DNA of 64,000 bases. Origin: Eledone cirrhosa. Its lineage: Eukaryota. The DNA is taken from the NCBI GenBank assembly GCA_964016885.1, contig OZ024758.1, positions 6,758,001-6,822,000 of the forward strand, in the 5' to 3' direction. The notes beneath the pieces were generated by a model, which was not told the origin of the DNA, searched no databases, and saw only the letters and a list, made by a program, of their open reading frames with translations. Shown here one piece after another: positions 1-13,953 of the stretch. Position 1 is the stretch's first letter. Each line of letters opens with the position of its first letter. The position numbers and the translations under genes are program-made.

Positions 1-635
1 ATTGGTATTTCTTTTCCATAAAAAAGGGCAAAAGCTATTGAAAGCACTCAGTGAGAATTACAGTTTGGAAGTAGTGTTGGCTCTTGACTCAAGATCTTCA
101 GGTTTGTATTTTAGATATTTATTTATGTCTGTGTATATACCTGTGTATTTGTTTGTAATAGCTAAACTTAAATACTAAATAGTCACTGCTTCAGCAAGTA
201 GAGTAACATTGTATTGGTTTTTATTATGTAACTAGTTTACAGAATTAATTCTGTTTCAATTAGTCCCCTAATGAAGAATATATATATATATATATATATA
301 TAACGAGTGTTTAGAAATATAAGGAAAACACAAATAAAGGTCAGATCCACTCTTCACTTGTCTGTTGTGGGTCTCAGAATTTCCGACGCATCAAAGACAA
401 TATGTCTAGCCACAGGGCGTCAATAACTGGGAAGTTATTGGGGAAAGAAAAGACAAGGAGAAGACGGCGAAGAGAAAGAAAATAAACTGAAGAAAAAAAC
501 ACAGAAAACATACCAATAGAGAGGGGGAAACATGAGGAGTAGTACATGTATGTGACAGTAACCGAAGGGAGAGAGAGGAAGAAGGTAAACTGGCGGGGGC
601 CTGTAAGTCCTGGGGCATTATTAACAGCAATAAAG

Positions 636-755
636 GGCGGTGGATTGGCAGTATCGGTAGAGGGTTGGACGCCATGCTTTGTAACAAAGTGTTACAGCCC
701 TTTATGGTCTGAGTTCAAATCCCGCTGAGGTTAACTTTGCTGGCCTTGTGCCAAG
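636..755 (+). mobile_element. tRNA-derived SINE family A, internally deleted
   Basis: A-box-like TGGCAGTATCGG, B-box GAGTTCAAATCC; matches 46141-46337. Confidence 0.75.
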
Positions 756-900
756 ATGATGAGTGAAGAGAAATACGTCTGGGACGAGAACCAGCGTAAA
801 GAGGGAAAGATGAAGGTAAACGGAAGTAGTGAGGGAGCAGAGAGAAAGAGGTTAGTGGGAGAGAGAAAAAGAAAGGGAGAAAAGGTGGAAGGAAAGAAGT

Positions 901-1222
901 TAATAATTGTTTCTACTTTTGGCACAAGGCCTGCAATTATCCCAGTGTATTACTGGTACTTTATATTATCGACCCCGTAAAATAAAGTATCAGTATGACC
1001 AGAGTGGCGGATTGGCAGAATTGACAGCTTATTACTTAAAATGCCATTGTGTTATTTATTCTGGCTCTTAATGTTTTAAGTTCAAATCTTGCCGAGGTCA
1101 ACTTTGCTTTTATCCTTCCGGGGTTGGTAAAATGAAGTACCAGTGGAGTATTGAGGTTAGTTTAATCAAATTTGCCCTTCTCTCAAGATTTGCTGGCTTT
1201 GTGGCTAAATTAGAATTCAATA
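901..1222. mobile_element. Two SINE family A copies (minus fragment 901-978, plus copy about 1003-1222)
   Basis: Family motifs GGCACAAGGCC, ACTGGTACTTTAT, TTCAAATC. Confidence 0.7.
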
Positions 1223-1677
1223 TAACATAATTAAGTTGCATAACTAGAATTAGAAACTTAAGTCAACTTTCCATGAAATTTGTATCTGCTTAATTTTGGT
1301 ATTTATGGATTTACGGGTATACTTTCCAGGATAGTTGTCTTAACCCTTTCGTTGCCATATTTTCCAATGAATAACACTGCTTATAATTTTTTTTAAAAAT
1401 CATTTTGGAAGTAATCAAGGATTGTTGTTACATGGAATGGTCATCCAAAGAATATGTGACACATCGAAGGTAAAATGTGGCCGTAGAAACCAAGCCATTA
1501 TCAGTTCTGTATGAGCAAGACACAGTTATCTGATCTAGCTTGTCTCAAAGGGGCAACTCGTCTAACCCATGCTAGCATGGACAAATGGAGGTTAACCGGT
1601 GATGATAATGATACCTTCAATTGTAACTAATCTATTCACATATAACACAGACAAAATAGTAAAAAATTTCTTTTTAC

Positions 1678-1683
1678 TTTATT
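1678..1683 (-). promoter_or_regulatory. Candidate polyadenylation signal of the dynein gene
   Basis: AATAAA about 46 nt after the stop, followed by U/GU-rich sequence. Confidence 0.4.
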
Positions 1684-1728
1684 TTAGAAAATTATTTAAT
1701 CCAGTCTCACCCTATAACAAAAATATTT

Positions 1729-2346
1729 TCAAACTTGTAGTAACAAAGCAACTCCACCAAGTACCCATTTGCTGGGTTTCTCTTTACTCTTCAGGTTAAA
1801 TGTCCACACAAATGTGGGACCTCGTTGTTTCGTCTTGTATACAGGACACTGGTAAATATTCTTGGTATCCTGTCTATCGACTGGAATAGCTCTGAGGAAG
1901 ACAATTGGTAGCATAGGTGTGAGCTCTTTCAGTTGGGACTCTGTAATCATTCCAGTTTGGGTGTCCCACCTTGCTCCTTCCATAAAGAGGCCATGTATAA
2001 ACGCTCCTTCCCTAGGAGGTCCAGCCATATCATCACGGCATTTCTTAGTAACATCACATTGAATACACATTTTATCTAAGGGCCATTCATTTTTACGAGC
2101 CATCTGTTGCATAATTGCAGTGAGAAAAGATTGTGGATTAAAGAATCCAGCCAACCAGGCTGCAGCTGGGAGCTGAAAATCAGAAACCCAGGTTTCTAGT
2201 TCTTTAACACGCTGGATTAGATCTGCATACCAAGCAGTCAGATTATATAATGATGGATATGCACGTCGAGCCCAGCCTACTGGTACATGATCCATATACA
2301 AAGCATTGCTTAAATCTTCCATGTCAGATGTGATTGTTAATTCTCC
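1729..2346 (-). CDS. DNAH9: Dynein heavy chain terminal exon (C-terminal domain)
   Basis: cag|GGAGAA acceptor; [10 protein letters not shown]...GVALLLQV; TGA at 1731-1729. Confidence 0.95.
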   Translation of the reverse strand, partial: GELTITSDMEDLSNALYMDHVPVGWARRAYPSLYNLTAWYADLIQRVKELETWVSDFQLPAAAWLAGFFNPQSFLTAIMQQMARKNEWPLDKMCIQCDVTKKCRDDMAGPPREGAFIHGLFMEGARWDTQTGMITESQLKELTPMLPIVFLRAIPVDRQDTKNIYQCPVYKTKQRGPTFVWTFNLKSKEKPSKWVLGGVALLLQV

Positions 2347-4632
2347 CTGTTTGCGAGAAAACACACAAAAATATTTTATTAATCCAAATCAATAATTCAT
2401 CAGTAATTTTTCTATAATCATTGGCTAACAATTAACAATGAAAGTTGGTTTGATACAGGTAATACTAAGTTATATAATACTAATAATTATAAATAATCTA
2501 GTTAGACATGAGGTGTTTTTCAGCTCAAATATCACTGAAGTTGACTTTATCTTTCACTTGTTTAGGTCTACTGAAATAAATACCAGTAATATTCTGGAAC
2601 TGAGTAACTTGACTTTTCTCATCCACTCATGCTCAACTAAGAAAATATTTCTTAGTATTTTAGTATAGCAGTGTATGTTAGTATAAGTAAATCAAGTTCA
2701 TAACCATATTTTGATCTCCTTTACCTACTAATCAACATTATGATGGTCATGTCATGTGGAAGGAGCCAATTATCAGATTGGTCTCAGAAAATTATGTTTC
2801 CATTACTGATATAGTATCTACCAGTTGGAACTAGCATACTGTCTACCAGTTGGAACTGGTAGTGTCTACCAGTTGGAACTGGTATAGTGTCTACCAGTTG
2901 CAACTGGTATACTGTCTACCAGTTGCAACTCTAGGCAGAAGGGGTTAGGATTTGAACTTGTAATGCACAGAGTTGGATCAGATACTACAAGCATCTTGCC
3001 TGACCCCTTAACAATCTATCAATTCTCCTTCCCGGGAAGATGGGTATTTGGTGGTAGGAAACTTTCAGGAGAGCTGGACAGAAGGGGGCCTTTAGAGAAG
3101 ACGCCCTACTCAATAAGTGTTTTGGTCCTTAACTTCTCATACACACTAAGGGGACTTGGCCACATCTAGTCATGACTCCTGGGTGCCCTTCTGCTCATAT
3201 TTAAGGGCGCCCTTCTGCTGATATTTAAGGGGGCCCTTCTGCTGATATTTAACCATTCAAATATTGTGACTTATGTATTTAAACCGCATGGAGATTTTGT
3301 TGACAGAATCTAACTGGGACTCCTCTCCATTGCTTTTAAATCTATATTCAAACACTTTTCCAAAAGGATGAAAATGGAAAGGTAGCTACCTCGGAGCGCA
3401 GAGATCCAGAACAAATACTGATAATTTTTCATCTCTGCCAATTCATCGCCATTACATTAAGAACTATTTAAAAGTATTATCTAAATATATTTTGTTTTTT
3501 AGGTGCTGCCATGACATACTAAGCCTACAAAGCCAATCCCTCTTCAGTCCTGAACACAGTTGATATGTGTGTGTGTGTGAAAGAGGGAGCGAGAGAGAGA
3601 AAGAATCAACTGTTGTTAAGGAGTCTGATCTTAACCCTTTTAGCATTTAAACTGGTCAAAATTCTCTTCTCTTTATCAAACTGGTTATTACCAGCCACTC
3701 ATACTGACATTAAGATATCATTCTCTAAATAAAGAGTAACGTCATCAAAATCTCATACAGGTGATATCTATTATGTCACAACCTTTAATAGACCTGAATC
3801 ACCTTCATTATTATATATAGTGGCAGAATTGGTAGAGGGTCAGACATGCTTTCCAGCATTCAAATCCCGCTGAGGTTAACTTTGCCTTTCATCCTTACGG
3901 GGTCGATAAAATAAAGTACCAGTAATACACTGGATAATTGCCAAAAGTAGAAACAATTCTATATATAGTTGCTATTTGTTATGAATGGGTTGATTCCAAC
4001 GGGACTTGAACAAGAAATACAGTGGTGTGATCCAAAGCTAAATAATGTATTCTATTCAGTCAACCATCTTTAATTCCACAAGAAAAATATTGAAGGGATA
4101 ACATTTTACCTTAAGACCTAAATCGAGTTCTTTAAGGGTTCGTTTCATCTCTGATATCAGTAGATTCATCCGTTCACATTCCTGGAGAGCCACAACAACA
4201 TAGGGGGTTCTGCTTTCTACTGGGACTTTTGACATTAGCTCTGTCATTACAAACTCATCTGGCAGTTTTTGAGTCATTTCATCCAAAATGGTTTTCACCT
4301 TAATAGAACAGACGACATAACAATCATGAATAAACAATTGTATTTATATTTTTCCATTTAGTTTTGTTATTTTGAGATTATCAAAATAGAAAAAATTGAC
4401 ATATTCTTCTGTAACAAATTTAAATTGACATGGCCACGACCATTTCCCAGTTTCAGAGACACTTATTGAAGAAGGGGAACTAAGGTCACAGCTCTGGTAG
4501 ACACTCACCTGCATTAGAAATGTCTTATTTTACCATAAATCTTGATGCTGACTGACATATTTATTGTACTGCTTATATTTAGTGTGCATAAGTATACCTA
4601 GTTAGATAGGCCACATTAAACCATATATACAG

Positions 4633-4668
<36 letters not shown>

Positions 4669-7600
4669 GCACACATATATACATATATACACACACAGAT
4701 ACATATATAGCATTAGCATCATCATCGATTAACGTCCATCTTCCACGCTAGCATGGGCTAGATGGTCCCATTTAGAGGCAAGTTGAGTTGGGTGACCGTG
4801 TCTCACTCACACATATATATACACACACATATATATATGTACATACACAAACACACATATATATATATATACACACTCATATATACATATACATATATGC
4901 ACATGCACACACACACACACACAAACAGCTACTAGACCATTCTAACGTAGATGTGATATATCTCGACTTTAGCATAGCTGGAAAACTAGGTGAATGGCTT
5001 CATGACTTCTTAAAAGACAGAAGCCAGACTTGCAGCCAATGGCGTCTTCTCAAAGGAAACATCAATAACATGTGGTGTGCTTCAGAGAACTGTCTTGTGG
5101 TGGCTCTATCAGACAAGCCCTCTCTGATATGGGCAGCCTCCCTCACAAGCTATGCTGATGACATGAAAGTAGCACAGGCAATCAAGAAAACAGCTGATGC
5201 TGCTCTCTTACAATGAGATTTAGATGTCATATAGGGATAGGCTGAAAACAACAATATGCAATTTAATGCAGGTAAGTTTTAAGCCCCCTGCTATCAGCCC
5301 ACAAACATAGGCCCACCACAACAAAGGTATACTGGACCAGGAGGAATCAAAATCCCCAAGTCAAAATCAGTATGAGACCTGGGTATTGACACGACTAATG
5401 ATGCATCATTTCATGCACACGTCATTAAAATGACAGCAATGTGCAGATGGCTGTCGGGTTGGATTCTGAGACATTCAGGACAAGATACCTGGAAACCATG
5501 TTGGTCCTCTGATGAGGAAATAGGTGTTGTGATATTTGAGCTTTTTCTTAATGGTTTCAGCATTGAATGAAAGTGAAGTGGTTTGGCCCCAACTACATAT
5601 TGAATCTAAGTCAGGAGCTTACTTCATATTGAACAGTACTGTGTTGCAGATAACATATTAGAATTATATCAATTTAATATGTCTCATTACCACACATGAA
5701 AATACCTTATATAATAGACCAAGAAAGACCTGGGCAGAGGTGATGATGATGATAAGCAATCATAGAATAATAAAATGTGTGAGTTAACTTTGTTTCAAAT
5801 ATAACGTAAGTATTCGTAAAAATACCTTTTCTTCTTTACTAACTCCAGCACTTCCACCAGCACCAGAATCTTGTGGCTGCATTTCAAAAACAGTTTGAAA
5901 GAGGTATTCTGATGTGCTAGTGAGAAATTCAATTTCAGCATTTGGATGCAATCCATAAAGATAAGGGCTTTCCGGAGGTAGAAGTTCATCTATGTACGCA
6001 TGGTAAGCTTTATAATCAGAATTAGGTGGTATTGGAAAACCAGGTGCCAAGAATAATTCTGAACTCAACTAAAAAATTATAAAAGAATAAAATAATAAAA
6101 ATGACATTTTTTTTCTCCAAATTTATTCTAAATGAAGAAACATGCAATAAAAACAATTATATTAAGAATATTAAGCTAAAACAAAAATTGATAGAAGCTG
6201 AGAAAACCATATCAGGGTACATGTAGACCATGAACAACATAGTAAATACATACCATATCAGGGTACATGTACACCATGATCAACATAGTAAATACATACC
6301 ATATCAGGGTACATGTACACCATAGTTAACATAGTAAATACATACCATATCAGGGTACATGTAGACCATGATCAACATAGTAAATATATACCATATCAGG
6401 GTACATGTAGACCATGATCAACATAGTAAATATATACCATATCAGGGTACATGTAGACCATGATCAACATAGTAAATACATACCATATCAGGGTGCATGT
6501 ACACCTCCAAATATGTTCTACATAACTTTCTGTCCCAATCATCTGTTATGTGACCACCATACATGATCTCTCCAAAAAGGTAACGAAGATCTTCCCATGG
6601 TACTTTATTGTTAGCTTCAAGATAGTTATAGAGTACATTGACACTTATTGTTAGGTCTCCAACATTGAAGGGGTAAGATCTATTCCAGCCTTGAGGTCCA
6701 AACTTCCTTCTCTCTTGAACAACTGCATGGAAGTAACAGAGGGCAAAAAGAATACTTTTAAACTCAGTCTCTCGGGCGGACATCTCTAGGGTTTCCTGTA
6801 AAATATACAACATGAAATCAAATTAAATACTACAAAACATTTGCTTGTTTCATTGCATAATTCAAGGATCTGCTATTTCAAAGCCAATCAAATGTAAATG
6901 ATTGCAACTCATTCTTCAAGTAGGGAAAGGCATATATAACATATACTGGGTCAGTTCTATTAATTATAATTAATCTGTCTATGTAATGTATTGTGTCTTG
7001 CCCTTGCCTAAAGGCATAACTTGTCTCTGCCTGTTTCCTTATGTCCCAATGTGCACTGAAATGAATAGTATCAACCTTAATACACCAAAACTATAGTGAT
7101 TTCCAGAGGTTGACTGAGAAGGTGAGACTGTCTGTCTTTCCATTGATTTTTCCTTTGTCTTTGTCCCGTGTGATAGAACTAAGGATAGTTTCAAGCGCTT
7201 TGGTGTCAATGGTTATCTCTTGTCCTACAACACTTGCAAAAAACTTCATACAAAATTGTTTTACAGGCAAAGCCAGAGTTGGATCACATCCATGAGCTCG
7301 GTTAATCTTACTTGGGGATATAGTCAAATGAATTTTGAATTTTTTTTTCATTTGATTTTGGATGAGTTTCTCCAAAGGGTCTCTAGAGTGATGTTACTTA
7401 ATAGTGATGTTACTTAATAGATTGGTGATCACGGAGTCACTCCAGGTAGAGTTGCTTTTTCTCCGAATCCAGAGACCAAAGCTCCAGTACTTTAGACATA
7501 TGGTTAGAATGTCTAAGGAAATAATTGCTGGACAGATTTTACAGGCAAAGCCAACCAGCAGGAGATGCAGATGTAGACTGTGAGCAAGATGGTTGGTTAA

Positions 7601-8110
7601 CATCCATGGGTTTAGATGGTCTTGCTTGGGGATTCAGTCGAATCAAGTGATGTTTTCTTCTGATAGAATCCTGTGGAAGGTTTGTCTGAGGATTCTTCCC
7701 CTAACATGACCCTCTCGGGAATAAGTGGGTAACAAAGATAATGGAAGAGAAGAAGATTTCTTTTTGGATGTTTCCATGGATGTAGAGGCAAAAAAGTACA
7801 AAATAAAATTCAAACTCCTAATGATACCTGAGTGAAGTTGTTGAGAGCTTTGTGGAGGTTGGCCTGCATTCCTGTGGGAGGCTCATTGATAATCTTAATA
7901 GAAGACTCTAATATACCATGAGGTATGATGTGAGAATCTACACTGGCTGCTGGCTCAGCACTGATAAATACTCGATAACTTTTGTGACTCTCATGACTGT
8001 ACTGTTCCAGCTTCTTTTCTAACTGTGGCAACCATCTAGCAACCAGGTGAACATTCTGGAAAGAGAAAGAAAAAATTATAAAACTGATCCAAAAATAGAA
8101 ACAGTTTTTA

Positions 8111-8146
<36 letters not shown>

Positions 8147-11100
8147 CATATATATATACACACATATTTATATAGCTGACAGCCGTATGTATATATATAT
8201 ACACCCACATACATAAGATATACACAATATTTGTTATTTACAAATTGAGAACAAGTTGTAAATATATACTATGTGTATCTATACATATATATGTGTATGT
8301 GTGTATACACAGACACACACATACATATATATGTATAGATACACATGTTATTTGTTATTTATAAAGTGAGAGATTTTGTATTATTACCTGCAATATGACC
8401 CAGTGGCCTTCTTTAGCTGAGAAATCCATGGCTTCTTCAGCTACAATCTCTTGACCTTGTCCAAGTGAGATATTATGGAAATTTTTGTTAGCAGTTGTGA
8501 AATTCATTTTTTTGCCCAAAGCTTCAACATCTTTTAATGGATCAACACCTGGTGACAAAATGAAGAATATAGGAATGGAAGGTGCTGATTCCTCATATGA
8601 CAGAGCAAAGTCAACTGCTTTCCCTGCAACATACGGTGTACCCATTTTCTCTTCAATAAAATTCCTGTTTGAAAAAAAGAAATAAAACTAAGTGACTATG
8701 TTTGATTATCAAAAACATAAGGAAATACCCCATACTAATTATGAAGTTGTTACGTGTTGAGGAAAGACCCTTTATAAACAGCTACCTGTACTAAAAATGC
8801 CTGTGAATTATTTAACATTACAGTATTGTTATAGATAGTTTAAATTGCAGAGAAGAGCAATTTATTCATCTAGATCCTAGAACAGAATCCTAAAAGCCTA
8901 TCTCTCCCACTCAGACTAGACAAGCATAAAACATACACACAGGAATTGCTGCAGTAGCAATATACTCCATAGCCCAAGCTGTGATGGTAAATGCATAGAG
9001 ACAGCAACTGTTGCAGTCTTAATGACTTCATCTTCCACATTTCTGTTGTGGCCACTATAAAGCACAAAGAAACAGATAGGACAATGGGATGAATTTGTTG
9101 ATACATATAAATATATCAGATTGTGAAGTGAGCGCAACATAACTAGACTGTCAAACTGAATCCCATAAGAATCTCACTGTTGGAACGCGTAGTATGGTCC
9201 TCAGCTCGGCAGAAATATGATATATCTAGAATAATAGCTGATATGTATGTCATGCCTAGTAATTTGGTCGACAACCTGCATTCCAAATATAATGTACCCT
9301 ATCCCAACTAACAATCTCTCAACAATCCACTGTTTGCTATCCCAGTTTTAACTACATTATATTCACAAAAAAATCTTCGAAAATGGACAGCAAACTTGTA
9401 ACAGATTTTTTTCTTTCTGTCTGAAAAATTTAACTCAGGTCAACAAAATATTCATTAATTTGGCTTCCCTCCACTGGGATTTCCTGGCACTTCTAATCAC
9501 TGGGTGAAGAAGTGCCAGGAAATCCCAGTAGAGAGAAGCTACAGTAAAGGTAGACAAGAAAGACCTGGGCAAAAGTGATGAGAGCTGATTTCAAATCATT
9601 GAGACTCACAGGGAAGAAGTCAAAAGAACGTGACAAGTGGAGAGATGATGTGCTGAAAAGGACCTGTTCAACCCATGCAAGCATAGAAAAATGGACGTAA
9701 AAATGATGATTATGATGATGATGAATTCCGTGATATTATCACTGCTTGTATCTTTGAATTATGTCTGCAAATAGTGAGGTGAACTTAGTAATTGAAAACA
9801 AAATATCTTGAACGCGTGTTTGATTAACCGTGGCACATTGTATTCTTGAGCAAGACACTCCATTTCAATTTTGCTTCAGTCCACTTAGCTGGCAAAAAAG
9901 GAGCTGTACCTGTAATTCAAAGGGCTGGCCTTGTCACACCCTGTGCCATACTGAATATCTAAGAACTACATTAGGGTTAATGTTTTTGTGGAATGTTCAG
10001 CCACTTGCATGTTAATTTAACAAGCAGGCTGCTCCATTGACCAAACCAACTGGAACACTTATCATCAGAACTGACAGAGTTCCAACCAGTATATTACTAC
10101 CATTTACTTAAGTCAATGCTTTATGTAGTCTACTAAATATTCTTTCACAAACCTCATGGCATAAGTCATTCTATCTGGTCTTAGAGCTCTCATCATACAC
10201 AATTTTTGGAGTGAAGATTTGTTTTTCCAGTCTTGTGGAAATTTCTCTTTTTCTGGACATTCACTTTCAACAAATTTTTTCCACCGTTTTGCCGAACCTT
10301 CTATATCTTTATCTAGACTAATAAATTCATCCATTTCACTTAGAGCCTGTATATTAGAATAAGAATAAAACAGAAAGGTAATAATGTAACGTTTTTAGTA
10401 GCAGTCGTCCCAAACCTACTTGTGCTTCTAGGAAACAAATCCATTCATTTTAAGAATTCCTGTATCCATTAAAATCCTTCAAAACAATTTCATATAAAAT
10501 CCTTTTGTTAAGTTATGTTACAACTACATCTACAGGTGAGGTATAATTCTGTACTGCAAAGTAACAAAATACATCTACAGGTGAGGTATAATTCTGTACT
10601 GCAAGGTAACAAAATACATCAACAGGTGAGATATAATTATGTACTGTAGGGAAGAAACTACATCTACAGGTGAGATATAATTCGGTATTACAAGGTCACA
10701 AACTACATCTACAGGTGAGATATAATTCAGTATTGTAGGTAACAAACTACATCTACAGGTGAGATATAATTCAGTACTGCAAGGTCACAAACTACATCTA
10801 CAGGTGAGATATAATTCAGTACTGCAAGGTAACAAACTACATCTACAGGTGAGATATAATTCAGTACTGCAAGGTAACAAACTACATCTACAGGTGAGAT
10901 ATAATTCAGTACTGCAAGGTAACAAACTACATCTACAGGTGAGATATAATTCAGTATTGTAGGTAACAAACTATTTATCAAACAGCTATGGATTTATCCT
11001 ATTTCGGGACACATATTTTCAACTAAAAATAATCCTATGCTTGTTGCAGAATATAAACCCTTGGCATCACAACTGGTACCATTTTTTAGACACACAAATT

Positions 11101-13541
11101 AACAAAGAAATTTTCAAATTCTTCTTACCTTGATACCTCCCCATCCAATATGGCTGATGAAGTGTACAGGAGATATTACATTTGGAATAAATGGAAATCG
11201 CAGCAGAAAGTCTAATTCCTTTGGTTTAAGGTCACCTTTTATTAAAAAAATCTGTCAAATAAGACCTTTTATTAGTTATATAGTATTAATGAAATAGTAT
11301 AAAATTTCAGCAATTTATAGACACTGGACAATTTCTTAGCCACACATACACAAATGTTTTCAAATTGATAAACTGACTGGTTCAGAAATACAAGAAAGAT
11401 ATAATTCAGGGAAATATAATCGGAAAGAAGAAATTGCAAAAGAGATGGTTTGTTGTAGTGAACAGATACATTTTAATGTGTTCTGCATAACTTTACATGG
11501 AAAGAGAAAAAGAAAGGGTTGGTAGTGTAAAATTATACTCACATGTACACCAGGTCTGAACACAGAGGAACCAAACTCCCACTGTCATCACCTCCATCTC
11601 TCTCACCCTCTCCATCTCTCACTATTATGAGCAAATGGGGTCCGACATGCTGGCCGCCCCATGGCCCCGACGGGCAGAATGGAGAGGGCGTTTCCCCAGA
11701 GGATGGTGAGGGAGATGTGTTGGAGGAGCCATTCCAGCTCATGGGGCTCCCACATGCAGCTAGCCAGCTCAGTGCCTATGGTGGTGAGTAGGGAGGTGGC
11801 CCTAGGGCCAGGGACACCAGAAGTCTCCACTGCTAGGGGCTCAACTGCAAACCTGTCGGAGAGTGACCGGTACTTGGAGAGTTTGCCCTCCTCAGCTCGA
11901 AGTGAAGCAGAACCTGGGTTAGTCATAGACTGTACCAAGTTGGGGCTGGAGAAAGTGTCACTGCAAGTGGCATCCCAGACGAGGGGTTTGCCAGGCTTTA
12001 TGACCTCATTGAGAGCACCATGGCATGGAAGGTGACCAGCTTTGTAGTGAGAGGAAAGTGGGTAGAAGAGATTGTAGAATACTTAGCACACATCATCATC
12101 ATCATTTAATGTCTGCTTTTCCTTGCTTGCAAGGGTGGGGTGGGTCCTTTTCAGCACAGCATCTCTCTATTCATCACAGTCCTTCATCATTTCCTCTGTG
12201 AGCTTCAGCGATCTGAGGTCAGCTCTCACCATCTCCGCCCATCTTTTTCATGGTCTTCCTCTACTGGGATTTCTTGGCACATCTTTACCCAGCGATCATC
12301 CTCCATGCGCATCACATGTCCATACCAACGCAGTCTTCTCTCCCGCACACTACAGTTTATCCCTCTTGTACCCAGTTTCTCTTTCAACTTGTCTATATTT
12401 GGTCATTCACACACATTGACATTGCACATCCAATGGAGCATACTTGCTTCATTTCTCTCCAACCGTTGCATATCCTCCACAGTTGCTGCCCAAGTCTCAC
12501 TACCATGCAGCATCGTGCATCTCACACAGGCATCATATAACCAACCTTTCGTTTGTTGTCAACAGAGGAAGCAGCTCCATAAACTTCTTCCATCCTGTCC
12601 TTATTCTAGATACTATGGCCTCGGAGCATCCTCCTCCCCTGCTAATCTGATCACCTAGGTAGCGGAAGCTATCAACCACCTCTATAGATCCTACCTGCAT
12701 TTGAAAAATGTGTCTATCACTGCCACTTCTGCTGTCAAATTTCCCTGAACATCTACTGCATATGTAGTTTTCCCATACAATAATAATAATAAAAACTGCA
12801 TTAAGTAATGCAATCCTTCGGGGTGGTGATGACTATAACACTGGTCAATGGCTGAAAAGTCAACTTACAGACTAAAAATTAAATCCATCCTTGAGAGAAT
12901 GAGAGGTAGAAATTACCATACCTGGAAAGTCAGCTGGGAAGTGAAAATCAGTTTGTCTCTTTCAAACAAACCTCTTGCAGTGTATTGAAACACACAGAGT
13001 GTTATCATATTAATTAGCTTCCCAACTCTTTCTGCGACATCCTCAGAAGGTTCAGCTTGTTCTATAGCCTTTTCAAAGACTGAGCTGAATGCCTGAAATT
13101 ATTATAGAGTGAAATTTATTGTTCAATTATTGACTAGTGCAGCTTATTGTTCAAAAACTTCATCATCATAATATATATATATATATATATATATATCTTT
13201 TGCTATTTATTTTAATATAAATATAGAGAGCTATAAATGTTGACATACCTTCAGAGAGAACTGATACATGGGATGAATCTTATTGAGGTCACCCAGAAGG
13301 AAGTAGATCAAGGATGCTCTGCCAGCTGCCGGCCTGTAATTTTCTCTCGCATCATTAATTTCCTTCTCAGTAAGTTTTGCTTCTTCAACTTTCATTTCAA
13401 TCTCAGCAGCAGTACTCTTTGTTGTCTCCAGATTTTCGACAAGAGTGTAGTCTCCAAGGAAATTTCCCTCAGCAGCAGATAGTCGGGCTAACAGAGAATC
13501 TTCCAATTGCTGTAAATTTAGATAAACATAATATATATATA

Positions 13542-13575
<34 letters not shown>

Positions 13576-13897
13576 ATGAAAATAAACCAAAGAAGCCTTC
13601 AATACATCAAAAGTTTTTATTAGCCGACAATGTTTCGTCCTATTAAGGACTCATCAGGGCAATTAAAGTTATAAGAAGCACTATCGGCCAATACAAGCCA
13701 AAAGCTTTAATTGCCTTGATGAGTCCTTAATAGGACGAAACATTGTCGGCTAATAAAGAGTTTTGATGCATTGAAGGCTTCTTTGGTTTATTTTCATAAT
13801 TCTTCGGCTCTGTTTAATTACATTGAGCTATACCTTTACTGTCATTTCTATAATATGAAGAGGGTGTTTAACTCCAACACACTCTAGTATTTTAATT

Positions 13898-13953
<56 letters not shown>

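Noticed and set aside
406-980. Short ORFs downstream of the gene
   Set aside because: Purine-rich low complexity and SINE sequence with no recognisable domain.
10521-10972. CAG|GTGAG donor consensus in every 45-bp unit
   Set aside because: Antisense to the dynein transcript; no plus-strand gene is evident.
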